Shown piece by piece: positions 25,587-28,328 of a stretch of 28,328 nt of DNA (within the stretch, counting starts at the first letter, position 1; every line of letters starts with the position of its first letter). The stretch lies in contig JBAPVZ010000818.1 in assembly GCA_049283435.1 (NCBI GenBank), positions 1 through 28,328 of the forward strand. The letters are read 5' to 3'. Below the pieces are notes generated by a model, which ran no database searches, was not told where the DNA came from, and saw only the letters and a list, made by a program, of their open reading frames with translations. A program made the translations under genes and the position numbers. The DNA comes from Candidatus Dormiibacterota bacterium (GTDB lineage: Bacteria > Chloroflexota > Dormibacteria > Dormibacterales > Dormibacteraceae).

Positions 25587-25763
25587 TCAGCCGCGCGCGG
25601 CGGCGAGCCGGAGGCCGAGCTTGATCAACCGGACGCCGACCTGCTGCCGCAGGTTCCGCCGCGACCGCTCCTCCGGCGACGTGCCGCCCGCTGCGAGCCG
25701 CCGCCGGGCCGCCCGCGTCTCGGTCTCCGTCATCGCGAAGACGGCAATGTCGTACTGCAGCAC
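25587..25763 (-). CDS. Small basic hypothetical protein, 58 aa (not in the ORF track)
   Basis: AGGAGG SD 7 nt before GTG; MLQYDIAVFAMTETETRAARRRLAAGGTSPEERSRRNLRQQVGVRLIKLGLRLAAARG*; very high GC at third codon positions. Confidence 0.75.
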   Translation of the reverse strand: MLQYDIAVFAMTETETRAARRRLAAGGTSPEERSRRNLRQQVGVRLIKLGLRLAAARG

Positions 25764-25809
25764 CGCCTGACCTCCTACTTCCTATGCAGCGCGCCGGTTG
25801 GGCGCGGGC

Positions 25810-25950
25810 TCAGCGTCGCCGACCCGCTCGCCGCTCGCTCCGGCTCTGCCGATCCAAACCCTCGTGGAGCAGCCTCGCTCGCTCGGCCGCTGCCGCGATC
25901 TCCGCATCTCGCCGCCGGTATTCCACGACCGCCTCATAGTACGTCATCAC
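25810..25950 (-). CDS. Small helical hypothetical protein, 45-46 aa (not in the ORF track)
   Basis: (M)MTYYEAVVEYRRRDAEIAAAAERARLLHEGLDRQSRSERRAGRRR*; TATATT -10 7 nt before GTG 25950 (ATG 25947 is the alternative start). Confidence 0.6.
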   Translation of the reverse strand: MMTYYEAVVEYRRRDAEIAAAAERARLLHEGLDRQSRSERRAGRRR

Positions 25951-26018
25951 ATATAGCAATATAGCTAATTCGTCAGATTTATTCCGATCTTATCGATTGG
26001 TGATATAGTCGATCAGCG
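25951..26018. promoter_or_regulatory. AT-rich divergent promoter/operator region
   Basis: Extended -10 TGaTATAGT at 26001-26009 (+); TATATT at 25963-25958 (-); repeated ATATAG; imperfect dyad CCGATC-N5-GATTGG. Confidence 0.65.
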
Positions 26019-27002
26019 ATGCCGCTATCCGCGGAAGAAGACACCAGGGCGGTCGCGTCCGTCACGGTCGGTCCGTCGGCCGTCGTTGAGATCTACGGGT
26101 TTGCCACCTCCGCCCGCCGAGAGGAGACGTCGTCGGCCGCGAGCCCGGAGCTGGCCCGGCGGCTCCGCGGGTTCTGGTCCGAGGAGGACCGGGGCGGCGA
26201 GTGCGACCCCGCCTTCGACGAGCTGCTCGTCTATGCGGCGATGAACGGGGCGCTCGCGGCCGAGTCGGCGGAGCCCTTCCTCACGCGGCTGCCCGAGCTG
26301 GCGACGAGGGATCCCGGGCCGCTGCTGCTCCGTACCGAGCGCGAGGACGTGCGCGCTGTGGTCGAGCGCCACCTTGCCGTGCTACGGGACGACGCGCGCC
26401 GGCGCCGCACCTACGTCGCGCTGATGCGGGCGTCCTGGAACGCGATTCGCGAGCGCTGGGAGACGGTCGGCCTGCCGCGCGTGCAGGCGCGCGTCGACCG
26501 GCTCCGATCAGAGCTCGAGCGCGGCGAGCCGCTGGTGTCGCTGCTGCCCGCTCGACATCTCGCCTTGAAGCCGTTCTACCGCCCGCTGCTCGACGAGGCA
26601 GCCCGGGAGGGACGTCTCGTCGTCGCCCCCGGCTTCTTCGGGGGCGGCCACCTGCTGTACGACCTGCCCGGCGCCCTGCTCGTCGGGATTCGTCTCTCGA
26701 CCGACGATCCTGCCGACGAGGCGCGCCGGCGCACCAAGGGCCTGTCGGAGCGGTTCCGGGCGCTCGGCGATCCGACCCGGCTCGCGATCGCGGCCCACCT
26801 GGGGTCGCAGCCGGCCACGGTCAGCGAGCTCGCCGCGGCGTTCAATCTCGCGCAGCCGACCGTTTCGGCGCACGTCCGCGGCCTGCGGGAAGCGGACCTG
26901 CTCGAATCGGAGCGAGCTGACGGACGCACCCGCTACCGGCTCGCCGAGGGGCAGTTCGACGACCTCTTCCGCACCGCGAAGGAGCGGCTCTTCGGCGATT
27001 GA
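26019..27002 (+). CDS. ArsR/SmtB-family regulator with a large N-terminal domain and C-terminal winged HTH
   Basis: FRALGDPTRLAI...TVSELA...LAQPTVSAHVRGLREADLL..RADGRTRYRL preceded by a ~240-aa helical domain. Confidence 0.85.
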   Translation: MPLSAEEDTRAVASVTVGPSAVVEIYGFATSARREETSSAASPELARRLRGFWSEEDRGGECDPAFDELLVYAAMNGALAAESAEPFLTRLPELATRDPGPLLLRTEREDVRAVVERHLAVLRDDARRRRTYVALMRASWNAIRERWETVGLPRVQARVDRLRSELERGEPLVSLLPARHLALKPFYRPLLDEAAREGRLVVAPGFFGGGHLLYDLPGALLVGIRLSTDDPADEARRRTKGLSERFRALGDPTRLAIAAHLGSQPATVSELAAAFNLAQPTVSAHVRGLREADLLESERADGRTRYRLAEGQFDDLFRTAKERLFGD

Positions 27003-27116
27003 GCCTCGAGCGTCCCCCGGATGGTTTGGGGCGACGGTTCGCTTCCAATCCTCCTCACGGCCCTAGTCCGCGCCACGCTCCTTGCCTCGGCCGTCCGGGT
27101 TATCGTCCTCGGAGCG

Positions 27117-27579
27117 ATGGCCGAATGGTGGCTCGAGTACTACGAGGACGAGTTCGGGAACCAGCCATGCCGAGCCTGGCTGGATGATCTGGTCCAGAGC
27201 AGGAGGGCCGAGGACCGCGCGAAGGGCCTGGCCGCGACCGCCGCCCTGGACGTGGTACCCACCCGGGAGGGTATCAACGTCTGCGGCTCTGAGTGGGGCG
27301 TCACTTGGGCGACGGGCTCTACGAGTTGCGCATTCGGCACACACAAGCCGAGATTCAGCGAAGGTTTCCAAAGCTCGGGCGCGAGCCGGCGGTTGCCAGT
27401 GGGCGGGGCAAGGAGAGGATCGTCCTGCGGGTCTTTTTCCACGCCTATGGGGATCGGATCATCCTCCTACTCGCGGGGTTCGACAAGGGCGCTACCCGCG
27501 GAAGCAGGACCAGGCAGTCCGCAAGGCGCAGCGGCTGTTGGCCGATTTCCGGGCGCGAAAAAAGAAGTCGCAAAAGTAG
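27117..27579 (+). pseudogene. RelE/HigB-like (Gp49-type) toxin split by two frameshifts
   Basis: WWLEYYEDEFGNQPCRAWL in the first frame, RHLGDGLYELRIR..LRVFFH..IILLLAGFDKG in a second, RKQDQAVRKAQRLL in a third; each junction is repaired by adding one G. Confidence 0.8.
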
Positions 27580-27584
27580 CTGAC

Positions 27585-27616
27585 ATGGGATACAAACCAT
27601 ATGACGCTTATCCCAT
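27585..27616. promoter_or_regulatory. Inverted-repeat operator upstream of the antitoxin
   Basis: ATGGGATA-N16-TATCCCAT with CATATG exactly at the dyad centre; CTGACA overlaps the left end; GGAGG SD downstream. Confidence 0.65.
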
Positions 27617-27637
27617 AGTTGTGGAGGCGGACACTTT

Positions 27638-27961
27638 ATGCGCAAGTACGGCAGCACTTCCTTCCGAGAGCATGTGGCCGACATCGAGGCGAACTTGGCC
27701 CCCGCCGACCGCCAGGTGCTCGATGCCATGCGCGAGCACTACAGCCTGTCCCGCCAGGTCCTTGAGTTGCGTCGAGGCAAGGGTCTTTCCCAGGAAGACC
27801 TAGCAACTCGAGCGGGTCTGGACCAGAGCGAAATCAGCAAGCTCGAGCGCGGGAGTAGCAATCCCACGAGAAACACGCTGGAGAAGGTTGCTGGCGCGCT
27901 GGGAGCTCACCTCGGCTTGATCCCGGACTCCGAGGGATCGCTGATCGCTGGGCGAGGCTAG
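27638..27961 (+). CDS. XRE/HigA-like HTH antitoxin
   Basis: LRRGKGLSQEDLATRAGLDQSEISKLERGSSNPTRNTLEKVAGALG; directly downstream of the toxin-like gene. Confidence 0.88.
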   Translation: MRKYGSTSFREHVADIEANLAPADRQVLDAMREHYSLSRQVLELRRGKGLSQEDLATRAGLDQSEISKLERGSSNPTRNTLEKVAGALGAHLGLIPDSEGSLIAGRG

Positions 27962-28067
27962 CTCGGAACCCGATCCGTTGTCCCCACCCAAATGTGAGGC
28001 GCCGCGTAACCCAGCTGACGATCCCGCATCCCGCTGGCGCTGATTTCGTCCGATTCCCGCCGGCCCG

Positions 28068-28116
28068 GCCAGCAAGCGTCGGTTGCGGCCGCCCGTACGA
28101 TTGCTGGCTCTTTGTT
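28068..28116 (+). terminator. Possible intrinsic terminator
   Basis: GCCAGCAA (28068-28075) pairs with TTGCTGGC (28101-28108) with further internal pairing, followed by TCTTTGTT. Confidence 0.45.
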
Positions 28117-28198
28117 CGCGGGCCGGGCCACGCCACGCAGCAGGGTCGAGGACGGTACGTCCAACTCTGCGGCATCGGGAGACGGTAGCGCGAGAGGG

Positions 28199-28222
28199 GG
28201 TCGGCCCCCGAAGGGGCCGACC
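28199..28222. other. Perfect 10-bp GC hairpin with a CGAA loop
   Basis: GGTCGGCCCC-CGAA-GGGGCCGACC; no U-tract on either side. Confidence 0.6.
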
Positions 28223-28328
28223 AGGGGGTGGGGGTAGGAAGTTCTGCTCGGGGTGCTGTCGCATCCGAGGATCAGCCTGGCGCGGACCGGTTACGAAAAG
28301 ATGTCGTCCGACGAAGCACGCCGTCGAA

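Noticed and set aside
25567..25770. 67-aa plus-strand ORF in the track
   Set aside because: Antisense shadow of the better-supported minus-strand small ORF with an AGGAGG SD
27290..27495. Programmed -1 ribosomal frameshifting in the toxin
   Set aside because: No X XXY YYZ slippery heptamer at either junction, and two successive shifts would be needed
27021..27803. 260-aa ORF spanning the toxin-antitoxin locus
   Set aside because: Read-through artefact of the first toxin frameshift; toxin similarity leaves this frame at about 27297

Overview
A very GC-rich bacterial chromosomal window. Leaderless promoters and the gene families suggest an Actinomycetota/Chloroflexota/Dormibacterota-like organism (inference only). 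It holds about 31 CDS and no rRNA, tRNA, CRISPR array or transposase. From left to right: a secreted Asp-box beta-propeller protein, hisC, a Cys-free DUF2752-like membrane protein, a DinB-family gene with msrA and msrB, an LLM oxidoreductase, a CPBP protease bracketed by a ~100-bp diverged direct repeat, a MerR regulator fused to beta-clamp domains II-III, a glucose dehydrogenase-like MDR enzyme, a MetE-like enzyme, an ABC-2 exporter, tandem ilvE paralogues, eda-kdgK, a LysM-CHAP hydrolase, a secreted alpha/beta hydrolase, a four-gene zinc-ribbon/PrsW-like membrane module, a two-component system, two unannotated small ORFs divergent from an ArsR regulator, and a HigBA-like toxin-antitoxin pair with a doubly frameshifted toxin. 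The best candidate for a new system is the MerR-beta-clamp fusion. It keeps the clamp's peptide/griselimycin-binding pocket, lacks the ring-forming interfaces, sits behind a 19-bp-spacer MerR-type promoter, and has an internal SD+ATG that would yield a free pocket domain, as in TipAL/TipAS. All family assignments are from motif recognition by eye, not from database searches.
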